Positions 1 through 8,507 of a stretch of DNA of 32,000 bases are shown in pieces. A program made the position numbers and the translations under genes. This stretch comes from Acaryochloris marina S15 (GTDB taxonomy: Bacteria > Cyanobacteriota > Cyanobacteriia > Thermosynechococcales > Thermosynechococcaceae), in the NCBI RefSeq assembly GCF_018336915.1, contig NZ_CP064923.1, forward strand, positions 5,460,001-5,492,000, read 5' to 3'. Numbering within the stretch: the stretch's first letter is position 1; every line of letters starts with the position of its first letter. Under the pieces are notes generated by a model. It searched no databases. It saw nothing but the letters and a program-made list of their open reading frames with translations, and was not told the DNA's origin.

Positions 1-2558
1 AGCAACTGCAAACCTTCCAGGCTGAGATTAAGCAGGTTAGTGAACAACACCAAATATTAACCACTACTGAAGTTGCCCGGTTAACTCAGGCTCGTGAACA
101 GGCCCAGCAAGCCCTGGATACCACCCGGCAACAGGCTCAGGCCATTGCCCAATCTGCTGATGCCTGGATCGAGCAGCAATCCCACCTGAATCAGCAAATC
201 AAAACGGTTCTGCAAGCTTTGGAACCCCAGCGGGCCGAACAAGCTCAACTACAAGAGCGGGTCCAGCAATTAGATCGCCAAAGCGATCTCCAGCAGCAAT
301 CGGTTCAGCAGATCGCCCAAGAGTTGACGGAGACCCAAGAACAGCTAGAGGCAGCTGAAGCTGAGGTCTTACAACGACAAGAGCAGGTGCAAGATTGTGC
401 GGGTGCGATCGCAGAAGTGGATCACGATATCAATACCCAGCAAGAAACCCACAATCGACTGCTACGCGAACAACAAGAGAAGCAGCGCCAGCTCGACAAA
501 CTAGAAGCCCAAGAACAGGCCCAGCAAGAAGTTCAGGGTACCCATGCCACCCATATCATTCGTAAAGCCAAACTGGCAGGAGTCCATGGTCTCGTAGCTC
601 AACTAGGGCAAGTAGATGCCCATTATCAAACCGCCTTAGAAATTGCTGCGGGCGGTCGCCTTGGTTGTCTAGTCGTCGATGATGACGCCGTCGCCTCAGC
701 CGGCATTGACCTCTTAAAGCGAGAGCGAGGCGGACGAGCGACCTTCTTGCCCCTGAATAAAATGCGCCCCCCGAAGGGACTGCCCTCCTTAACCGCCTCA
801 GGTGCCATTGATTTTGCCATCGAACTGATCGATTTTGACCCGATTTATGAACCAATTTTTGCCTTTGTATTTGGCAATACCGTTGTCTTCAAAACCCTGA
901 GTGATGCCCGTCGCCATATCGGTAAATACCGGATGGTGACGCTGGATGGAGAACTTCTGGAACCCACGGGTGCCATGACGGGAGGCAGCCGCAATCGCCA
1001 TAACACCCTTCATTTTGGTACGGGTGAAGCAGGAGAATCAGCTGCCATTATGGCGTTGAAACAACGCCTATCAGAAATTGCGACGTTGCTACAGCCCATT
1101 GAAAACAAAATTGAGCAGACCCAAGCTCGATTAACCAGTAAACATCAAGAGTTAAGCGGCCTGCGTCAGCAACATCGTGAGGCCCAGCTCAAAACGGAAC
1201 AGTTGCAGAAAGAACTCAAGGTGTTGGCCGACCGACAAGCCCACCTAGAAAAGCAGCAGCAAACCTATGGCCTAGATTTGAAGGGCGCTCAGGATCGCCT
1301 CCAGACCCTGCAAACCAATTTGCCCCAACAAGAAACAGAGTTAGAACAGCTGCGAGAATCCCTAGAAGAACTGGAACAGTCCCAAACCCACGGTGAATGG
1401 AAGACCCTACAAAACCAGATTCAGGGCCAAGAGTCGATTGTGGCCGGACGAGAACAGGCCCTGCGCGAAGTCCAACAAAAGATTCAAGAGCTGACTAGCC
1501 AGCAAGAGCGTCTGCACGAGAAACAAGAACAGGCCGAGGTCACCCTCCAAACCTTGCACACCCAAACCGAAACCCAGGTCACCCAAAAAACCGAAAATCA
1601 AGAACAGCAACAGAAAATCGAGGCCACCATCGCCACGTTCCGCACCGAGTTGGGTAAATTGGAAGAGCGCTTAGGGAGTGAGAAACAAGAACGCGATCGC
1701 GTCGAGACCCATCTACAAGAACGCACCGCTGCCCATCAGCAATTGCTATGGCAAATCCAAAAAACCCAAGATAAGCAGCAGGAGCAACAAGAGCTAATTC
1801 AGCAGCTACAAACCCAACTACAAGCCAAAGCAACAGAACTCCCCGACCCCTTACCGGAAATTCCGGATGACCTCACCCTAGAGCAGCTTCGCGAGGAATT
1901 GCAAAAGCTGCAAAAGCGCCTCCAGGCCATGGAGCCGGTGAATATGCTGGCCATCGAGGAATACGAGCGGACCCAAGAGCGGCTGGTTGAGTTAACGGAC
2001 AAACTAACGACCCTGGAATCCGAACGCACGGAACTCCTCCTGCGCATCGAGAATTTCCGCACCCTGCGCTATCAATCCTTTCGTGAAGCCTATGATGCCA
2101 TTGACATCAATTTCCAGAGTATCTTTGCCGAACTCTCCGATGGCGATGGACATTTACAGCTGGATAACCCCGAAGATCCTTTTCAGGGTGGTCTCAATTT
2201 AGTCGCCCACCCCAAAGGCAAACCCGTCCAGCGTTTAGCTTCCATGTCTGGAGGAGAGAAATCTCTGACTGCCCTCAGCTTTATCTTTGCCCTACAGCTG
2301 TATCGGCCTTCTCCTTTCTATGCCTTTGATGAAGTCGATATGTTCTTGGATGGTGCTAACGTGGAACGCTTGTCCAGCATGATTCAAAAGCAGGCCAAGC
2401 AAGCGCAATTTATTGTGGTCAGTCTGCGTCGTCCCATGATTGAGGCCTCTGATCGCACCATCGGCGTCACTCAAGCTAGAGGAACACATACTCAGGTGAT
2501 CGGCATCCAGCTTCGCCCTACAGCAACCGAACCCGCCACCCCTGTAGAAGCCTCATAA
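1..2558 (+). CDS. smc: Chromosome segregation protein SMC, C-terminal ~850 aa (5' end lies upstream of the window)
   Basis: The reading frame starting at nt 3 is open from the window edge with no stop, so the TTG at 219 in the ORF track is not the true start. It has a long Q/E-rich coiled coil and an SMC hinge (GVHGLVAQLGQVD...AAGGRLGCLVVDDD...RATFLPLNKM). The C-terminus has the ABC signature LASMSGGEKSLTALSFIFAL and Walker B FYAFDEVDMFLD. Confidence 0.93.
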   Translation, partial: QLQTFQAEIKQVSEQHQILTTTEVARLTQAREQAQQALDTTRQQAQAIAQSADAWIEQQSHLNQQIKTVLQALEPQRAEQAQLQERVQQLDRQSDLQQQSVQQIAQELTETQEQLEAAEAEVLQRQEQVQDCAGAIAEVDHDINTQQETHNRLLREQQEKQRQLDKLEAQEQAQQEVQGTHATHIIRKAKLAGVHGLVAQLGQVDAHYQTALEIAAGGRLGCLVVDDDAVASAGIDLLKRERGGRATFLPLNKMRPPKGLPSLTASGAIDFAIELIDFDPIYEPIFAFVFGNTVVFKTLSDARRHIGKYRMVTLDGELLEPTGAMTGGSRNRHNTLHFGTGEAGESAAIMALKQRLSEIATLLQPIENKIEQTQARLTSKHQELSGLRQQHREAQLKTEQLQKELKVLADRQAHLEKQQQTYGLDLKGAQDRLQTLQTNLPQQETELEQLRESLEELEQSQTHGEWKTLQNQIQGQESIVAGREQALREVQQKIQELTSQQERLHEKQEQAEVTLQTLHTQTETQVTQKTENQEQQQKIEATIATFRTELGKLEERLGSEKQERDRVETHLQERTAAHQQLLWQIQKTQDKQQEQQELIQQLQTQLQAKATELPDPLPEIPDDLTLEQLREELQKLQKRLQAMEPVNMLAIEEYERTQERLVELTDKLTTLESERTELLLRIENFRTLRYQSFREAYDAIDINFQSIFAELSDGDGHLQLDNPEDPFQGGLNLVAHPKGKPVQRLASMSGGEKSLTALSFIFALQLYRPSPFYAFDEVDMFLDGANVERLSSMIQKQAKQAQFIVVSLRRPMIEASDRTIGVTQARGTHTQVIGIQLRPTATEPATPVEAS

Positions 2559-2559
2559 A

Positions 2560-3816
2560 TTAGAGATCATCAGAGACGCCTATTGCTTTCTTTGTGGGCT
2601 CCGGCTCAATATCTCGTTCAGTTTTGAGCCATTGCGTCTGAGGTTGAACAAAAAACTTGAAGTAAATCGGCAATTTCCACAGAAGATAGACCGGAATAGA
2701 TAAAAGAGTCGATACGGGCAAATCCTCTCGTCCAACCTTCATCCAGGCTGCACCTAGGGCAAGACTAAGTAGACTACCAGCAACAGCCAACACCAGAAGG
2801 GGGAGCCATGAGACGAGACCTAGCCCCCAGAACAGGCCAGAAAGACTAAACGTGAACAACCACAATAGAACTAACAGAGATAAGGGCGGCACGGATAAGT
2901 CCAAAACCAGCATCACGAGATCCAATCGTTTCTGTCGCCATGCTTCCCCAAGCAGCTTCGGAACCTGAGTAAAAATCACCTCTAAATGGCCATGTTCCCA
3001 GCGAGACCGCTGACTTTGAGCCGCCTGGTTTTGCATCAACCGTCCGGTGACTCGGCCAGTGGTGATATAAGCGGGAGTATGACCTGCGATCGCAAGATCG
3101 ATCGTCAGCTGCATATCATCCACACACTTACTACCCGCCAACGGGGCCTGCTCCAAAATAGCCCAAGGAAAGGCCATTCCCGAGCCCGCTAAAAGACAGG
3201 GATAGCCTAGCTGAGTAATGCCAACCGACCGCACCCAATTCCGTACTTTAATGGCAAAGACAGAGATACGATCTGTGATGCCACTTTCTGCTTCCACATC
3301 CATTAGATAGATCGCCTGAACCGGGCGCTGTTGCTGCACCCCTTGCTGAGCTAATTGGGCAATCGTTCCTGGCGTCAGCCGACAATCAGCATCAAAAATA
3401 ATCACCACTTCTGGGGGATTCGCCTGTATATGCTTCACTACAAAATCTAAGGCATATCCTTTGCCCCGACAGATCAAGTCCTCCCGCTCCAAAACCTTAA
3501 CCCCACAGGAGCGCGCTATCGTGGCGGTTTGATCCGAACAATTATCCGCAATGACAATAATCTGAGAGGCCTCTGCAACTTGCCCTAGCAGATCTTCCAG
3601 AGTAGACCGAATATTGTCCGCTTCATTATGAGCTGGCACGAGAATATTGAGATCAAGTGGAGGCGGAACCTCACCCTCCTCCTTATCCCCATGCTGGATT
3701 GCAGCAGCTCCGACGAAACATTCCACAGCAAAAACGATACTGGGAATGACAAGGAGTACCACACTACTCCACAGTAGAAGATGACTAAAAAGAGCAATCA
3801 GCCTGCTCAACAACAC
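2560..3816 (-). CDS. Membrane-embedded family-2 glycosyltransferase, processive beta-glycan synthase type
   Basis: There is an N-terminal TM helix followed by a GT-A core: LVPAHNEADNI, VIADNCSDQT, IIFDADCRL (DxD), VDDMQLT and QRSRW (QxxRW motif). About 4 hydrophobic helices follow at the C-terminus. The D,D,D,QxxRW layout is the hallmark of processive GT2 synthases. Confidence 0.85.
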   Translation of the reverse strand: MLLSRLIALFSHLLLWSSVVLLVIPSIVFAVECFVGAAAIQHGDKEEGEVPPPLDLNILVPAHNEADNIRSTLEDLLGQVAEASQIIVIADNCSDQTATIARSCGVKVLEREDLICRGKGYALDFVVKHIQANPPEVVIIFDADCRLTPGTIAQLAQQGVQQQRPVQAIYLMDVEAESGITDRISVFAIKVRNWVRSVGITQLGYPCLLAGSGMAFPWAILEQAPLAGSKCVDDMQLTIDLAIAGHTPAYITTGRVTGRLMQNQAAQSQRSRWEHGHLEVIFTQVPKLLGEAWRQKRLDLVMLVLDLSVPPLSLLVLLWLFTFSLSGLFWGLGLVSWLPLLVLAVAGSLLSLALGAAWMKVGREDLPVSTLLSIPVYLLWKLPIYFKFFVQPQTQWLKTERDIEPEPTKKAIGVSDDL

Positions 3817-3950
3817 AGTAATTTCGCCTTATGAATGAAGAACAAACAGCCTCTGAGGCGAGACTTCCCCCTAGTGTGCCCTTGGCGCTCAATTTACCCC
3901 TCTCTCATTTAGGTAGAGGGCACTGAACACCCGCCAAACAACGATATACC

Positions 3951-6278
3951 TCACTGTCGAGAACTGACTCGAAAAATATCAAACTCATCTTCCAGTTCTT
4001 CAGCATCAAAATAGTCATCATCGACGTATTCCTCCTGGGAGTCACCACTCGCATCTTCGCCAGAGAAATTAGAGACCAGTCCCAAAATGGGCAATCGCGA
4101 TGCCTGTAGCTCCTTCAACATTTTGATCAGGCTAGACTGCTGTGTTTTGCCAATTCCTACTACCATTAACAACCCGTCAGCATTGATCGATAGGAAATTA
4201 GCATCTGCATGTCCTTGGAGATAAGGCGTGTCATAAATGACTAAATCAAACGTACTCTGGAGTTGCTCCATTAAATACTTCATCTGATTCGAGGCCGATG
4301 CCTTATTGGCCTTGGAACCAGTTTGTCCCGCCGTCAGCAGCGACAGATTTTTCTGATAGGGCACCCGTTGAATCAACTGATTTGGATCCAGATTGCTGTC
4401 GATCACATCACTTAATCCCTCTGCATTGGGTACACCTAAGCGGGTATGGAGCTGGGGGAACGCTGTATTGGCATCCACCAACAACACCCGTTGTCCCATT
4501 CGGGCTGCGGATTGGGCCAGATAGAGAGCGACCGTTGTTTTGCCATCCCGAGCCGCCACAGAACTGATCACCAAGGATCGTACAGGCGGTTCCATCGGCA
4601 AAAACCGAATCTTGGTATACAAGGCCTCTGCTGCCTGCAAAAAGGTTTGGTTTTGATGATTCGCCACCGAGGCTTCCCCAAACTCACTGCCAGTCGGGTT
4701 CTTATCAATCGCCTCAATTGCTTGGTTGAACGGTAGACTTCCCAATAACGGTAACCGAGTTTGATCCGTCAAATCATCAATACTGAAAAAGGCATCTCGA
4801 TGTTTTTCTCTCAGCAGCGCAGCCCCTAAACCTAACAAAAAGCCACCCATTACCCCTAAGGCAATTTTTTTAGTCCGACTTTGCTCCGGAAGGACTAAGT
4901 TCCCTTCATCATCGGTTCTCAGCTGCGGTTCAGTCGGAATTTGCCAAGGAATTTCTCTTTGAGCTGATTCAACTTTTAGGGCTTCTCGTTTTAATAACAG
5001 CTGATTCAGGGTTGTGGTATCAATTTCTAGCTGACGACTGAGTTGCTCATACTTGCGCTTAACCGCAGGAAATCGGCGCAGTTGAGCATCCACCGTAGCT
5101 GCAGCTTGAACTGATGCTTGATTGCGTATTTCTAAGACTTGAATTTCATTCAACGTATCGATCATTTGCTGACTTAAAGATCGTTGAATAGAATTTTGAA
5201 ACTGAGGTAAAGAGGCGGCACCAGACGTGCTAGCCCGACTTTGGCTGACGAGCTTACGCGTTTCCTGATTCAACAAAGCCTGCAGATTTTTTTGCCGTTC
5301 CCGCAATTCTTGAACCACCGGGTTAGCATCCGTAAAACGTGCCCGTTCTTGCGCCAATTGAGTCTCAATTTGCTTCAACTGAGTAAGAAGTTCTTGATAA
5401 CGAGGATCTTCGCTGAGAGACGATGCAGCAATCACTTGATTGGGCGCTAGACCGAGCTGTTTTTGCAGATTGGCATACAGTTTTTGCTGGGCTCGCAAGT
5501 TCCGCTGAGTTTCTAGGCGCTGGGTTTCTAGTTCTCTCGCCTGCTTGGCCAATTCCACGCCTTCACTTTCAAGATCGCTAATACGCTCTTGTTGTTGCAG
5601 AGTTTGCAACTGCCCTTCCAGACTATTCACCCGCTGCCTCAGTTCTGGCAACTGTTGCTCAATAAAGGCCACCCCACCCCCAATGCGGCTTTTACGATCT
5701 TCCAGACTATATTTGAGGTACCCGTTGGCTAGCTGTTCGAGCACATAGATGATTTTGATTCGATCGGCTGACTCATAACTGACTCGAATCAGCTTTGTCT
5801 TATCAAACTCGTCCTGACCAATGCGCTCAACCTTCATATCCTTCAGAAGGGCGTTATAGCTCACTGGATATTTCGGTTCAATTTGCTTCAAAATGCCCGC
5901 CAAGACTTTGGGACTTCTGAGCACTCGAATCAGGGTTGAATAATCTAATCCTTCTTCATTGGGAATATTGCCATCACGAGATAAAACAGAGGGATCTGTT
6001 AGCCTACCCGTTGCCGTCACCGGCTCCACCAAAAGCTGGAATTCCCCTTCATAGGTCAAGGGGCGACTGAGCACTAAATAAATGGTTAACCCAGCCACTA
6101 AGACATTAACCCCACCAATCAGCAAAATATTGCGACGGATCAAGCGCCACAATGGACGAACATTCAGTCCCTGTTTGCCACCAGATTGATGATTCTCTGG
6201 ACTTCCTAGAGGCGTATACTCTGACTGCTCATAGGCCTGCATCAAAGATAAGGATTGTTCATCAAGTTCAGATTTCAT
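3951..6278 (-). CDS. Polysaccharide co-polymerase (GumC/Wzz-like) fused to a BY-kinase-type P-loop ATPase (Wzc-like)
   Basis: The N-terminal TM (LIGGVNVLVAGLTIYLVL) is followed by a long periplasmic coiled-coil region and a second TM (ALGVMGGFLLGLGAALL). The C-terminal domain has Walker A SSVAARDGKTT, Walker A' VLLVDAN and Walker B DLVIYDTPY. The acidic tail contains only two Tyr (EEYVDDDYFD). Confidence 0.85.
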   Translation of the reverse strand: MKSELDEQSLSLMQAYEQSEYTPLGSPENHQSGGKQGLNVRPLWRLIRRNILLIGGVNVLVAGLTIYLVLSRPLTYEGEFQLLVEPVTATGRLTDPSVLSRDGNIPNEEGLDYSTLIRVLRSPKVLAGILKQIEPKYPVSYNALLKDMKVERIGQDEFDKTKLIRVSYESADRIKIIYVLEQLANGYLKYSLEDRKSRIGGGVAFIEQQLPELRQRVNSLEGQLQTLQQQERISDLESEGVELAKQARELETQRLETQRNLRAQQKLYANLQKQLGLAPNQVIAASSLSEDPRYQELLTQLKQIETQLAQERARFTDANPVVQELRERQKNLQALLNQETRKLVSQSRASTSGAASLPQFQNSIQRSLSQQMIDTLNEIQVLEIRNQASVQAAATVDAQLRRFPAVKRKYEQLSRQLEIDTTTLNQLLLKREALKVESAQREIPWQIPTEPQLRTDDEGNLVLPEQSRTKKIALGVMGGFLLGLGAALLREKHRDAFFSIDDLTDQTRLPLLGSLPFNQAIEAIDKNPTGSEFGEASVANHQNQTFLQAAEALYTKIRFLPMEPPVRSLVISSVAARDGKTTVALYLAQSAARMGQRVLLVDANTAFPQLHTRLGVPNAEGLSDVIDSNLDPNQLIQRVPYQKNLSLLTAGQTGSKANKASASNQMKYLMEQLQSTFDLVIYDTPYLQGHADANFLSINADGLLMVVGIGKTQQSSLIKMLKELQASRLPILGLVSNFSGEDASGDSQEEYVDDDYFDAEELEDEFDIFRVSSRQ

Positions 6279-6992
6279 CGTGACCTCAAAGTAGAAGGCT
6301 CAGGACCCTGCACACATCAAAATACTAACTTGCAAAGCGATGGGGAAATGAATTTACAAGCCTGAGTTAGTTCTTGCACACCATATTTTAGGATTTATCT
6401 GCTGTTTCCACGCAGCTTACATCAACACTTAGAGTCTTTCTGGAGAGAATATTTCTTTGATGGGGTTCAACATTACCCGTGTCTACCCTTAGCTCCTTAC
6501 TTTCTGAGATAAAGGTGTCTCTTAATTGTTTAATGCATAGTATAACGAGGTATTTTCAAGAGAGTAAAACCACTAAAATTTCTAAAAGCCTTATGGGTTA
6601 AGACTTCTCACCTTATGCTCAGTGCAATAATCCATAATGAAAATTTTTAATTCTTGTGAATAATATTATATTTAGACTTCTATAATTTGTCTCAACTCAT
6701 TATCAGTAAACATCTCATGCCCTGGGAGTAGTTTTGTGACAAGGTATTTTATTGAGTGTGGAAGTAGGGTATAAACTATTTAGTGAATCTAACTTCTTTT
6801 TTCCCTAAGATTCATATTAGAATTACTCCATTCGATAGAATCTTTTCATTTGATTTCCTTTTTGTTGCCACTTCTATTTTCTTTGGCTATCCTTATGGAG
6901 TGTAATTTAGATCACAGCATTTCTTGTTTTACAAAACAGAAGTGTGGGGGCATCCTAACTAAAACCTATATTTTCTACAAGCGAGAGCACTC
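6279..6992. promoter_or_regulatory. Long AT-rich divergent intergenic region between the wzc-like gene and the exported-protein genes
   Basis: This is 714 bp with no convincing ORF and is visibly more AT-rich than the flanking genes. It must hold the promoters for both divergent units. It contains a TGT-N8-ACA dyad (tgttttacaaaaca, 6925-6938) about 55 bp upstream of the ATG at 6993. Confidence 0.6.
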
Positions 6993-7580
6993 ATGGATAA
7001 ATTAAGAAGAGTGGCTAAATTGTCGATTGTGGTTGGTGTTGTTTCCCTGTGCCCAGCAATTGTTACTCCTCAAGCAGCCTCTGCAGAGTCTATTTCTCCT
7101 ACGACTGCAGTAGGACAAGCCCCTCAGAATTACGGTATTGTTCGATCGACAGGCCTTAACACTCTTGAAATTAGACATTTGAGTGGTGGCTATCGGACCT
7201 ATTCTGTTTCTAGCGATTTAACGGCTTCTATGGCCCTGAGCCCAGGCGATTTTGTCGCTTACAATGCTGATGCCAGCGGTACGTTAACGCAACTTCAGCC
7301 CCCTAGAATTGCTCGCATCTTTGAAGGGACTATCTCTAACATTCAAGGGAATCAAATTACGGTTGTTGCTCCAGACGGTTCTTCTTTGACCACAACCGTT
7401 GCGGCTAACTCCATTAATCGACTAGAGCTATCTCCTGGAAAGGGCTTAAGTGTGACTCAATACGAGGGCCTGAGCGCTACTAAAGTATGCTGTATTTCTA
7501 AGTTTACGCAACAGCCTCCGGTGCTCCTACCCCCGGAACCCACTGCTGCACCGCCTCAACCCATCCCAGCCTTATGGTAG
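6993..7580 (+). CDS. Exported hypothetical protein (signal peptide, Pro-rich C-terminus)
   Basis: It has an ATG start and an N-terminal signal-like sequence (KLSIVVGVVSLCPAIVTPQAASA/ES). The C-terminus is PPVLLPPEPTAAPPQPIPALW. I recognise no family. Confidence 0.6.
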   Translation: MDKLRRVAKLSIVVGVVSLCPAIVTPQAASAESISPTTAVGQAPQNYGIVRSTGLNTLEIRHLSGGYRTYSVSSDLTASMALSPGDFVAYNADASGTLTQLQPPRIARIFEGTISNIQGNQITVVAPDGSSLTTTVAANSINRLELSPGKGLSVTQYEGLSATKVCCISKFTQQPPVLLPPEPTAAPPQPIPALW

Positions 7581-7683
7581 GCTCACTCCTCCTCAACGCC
7601 TCAAGCAACAGCTGAGGCCTGTCTGTCCATCAAGCTATAGCCCTTCTTCAGATTTACCCTGGGGGAGTAGGGAGTACAAGCAA

Positions 7684-8409
7684 ATGAACAAAATGAGTAG
7701 ACATCCATCTTCAACGATTGGCCTCGCCATTACCCTAGCAGGAGTCATGCAGACACTGCCCCTGCATGCAGCTCAGCTCAACTTTGACCAGCCAGAAACT
7801 GAGGGCAGTCTAACGACTCCTGAGGCCATTAGTAATTGTGCCCAAGAGCCGGATCCAAATTTAACGTCTCAGTCTAATCATGGGGTCTCTAATCCGTCCC
7901 AAACCCTCATCTTGGGACCGAATCTCATTGCTAATAATATTGCGACAGCGAATGATGCGGGTTTATTCACATCAGAGTCGCCCTTAGTTGCTCAATCCAT
8001 CGTAGATGATTGCTGTGTAGTTGGAGACACAGCCATTGGTGGCCCTTCTGCCTTTGAAGATGCTGCATTTTGCGGACTGGGTGGCGTACCTCCAGCAGGA
8101 GGCGCTGCACCTGGTGGCTTTCCTTTTCCTGTACTGGCCGCTTTAGCACCAGCAGCAGCAGTTCCCTTTATAGCAACGGGTGGAGATCCGGAACCGACTC
8201 CAACACCCACGCCGACTCCAACTCCAACTCCGACTCCAACACCCACGCCCACACCCACTCCAACACCCACGCCCACTCCAACACCCACTCCAACGCCGCC
8301 TCCTACCAAGCCTCCAGAGAAAGTACCTGAGCCTTCTACAATGGCTGGGTTACTCATTGGCGGTGCTATATTCGGCATCTATAAACGGAGAAAGAAATCA
8401 AAAGACTAG
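7684..8409 (+). CDS. PEP-CTERM sorting-domain exported protein with a (Thr-Pro)17 linker
   Basis: It has a signal peptide (IGLAITLAGVMQTLPLHAAQ). The C-terminal VPEPSTMAGLLIGGAIFGIYKRRKKSKD gives the PEP motif, a TM helix and a basic tail, which is the PEP-CTERM/exosortase sorting signal. A (TP)17 tract precedes it. Confidence 0.85.
   Translation: MNKMSRHPSSTIGLAITLAGVMQTLPLHAAQLNFDQPETEGSLTTPEAISNCAQEPDPNLTSQSNHGVSNPSQTLILGPNLIANNIATANDAGLFTSESPLVAQSIVDDCCVVGDTAIGGPSAFEDAAFCGLGGVPPAGGAAPGGFPFPVLAALAPAAAVPFIATGGDPEPTPTPTPTPTPTPTPTPTPTPTPTPTPTPTPTPTPPPTKPPEKVPEPSTMAGLLIGGAIFGIYKRRKKSKD
8197..8298 (+). repeat. In-frame hexanucleotide tandem repeat encoding (Thr-Pro)x17
   Basis: There are 17 consecutive ACN-CCN units with varied third positions. 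A higher-order 18-nt unit, actccaacacccacgccN, recurs at 8197, 8233 and 8257. The complementary strand reads (GV)n, which explains the spurious ORF at 7992..8378. Confidence 0.95.
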
Positions 8410-8436
8410 CGATTAAGGAAGCTAGCTTTACTCCTT

Positions 8437-8479
8437 AAACAAATAGCGACGGCTTTTGAAAGGCCGTCGCTATTTGTTT
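8437..8479. terminator. Bidirectional intrinsic-terminator-like hairpin between the PEP-CTERM gene and sqdB
   Basis: A perfect 17-bp stem pairs aaacaaatagcgacggc (8437-8453) with gccgtcgctatttgttt (8463-8479) around a 9-nt loop. A/T runs flank both sides. It lies between two convergent stop codons. Confidence 0.75.
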
Positions 8480-8507
8480 CAATTCAGTTAGATAACAGGT
8501 AATCTAT

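Noticed and set aside
3876-3923. Overlapping small stems (gtgccct/agggcac and ccctct/agaggg) between the wzc-like stop and the GT2 start, considered as a possible internal terminator.
   Set aside because: The stems are short, mutually exclusive and lack a U-tract on the minus strand. The two genes are more simply read as one operon.
7992-8378. A 128-aa minus-strand ORF encoding (GV)n, plus two plus-strand out-of-frame ORFs (8070..8330 and 8180..8416).
   Set aside because: These are mirror or shifted readings of the (TP)17 hexamer repeat. The plus-frame PEP-CTERM protein has a signal peptide and a sorting signal, which explains the region.
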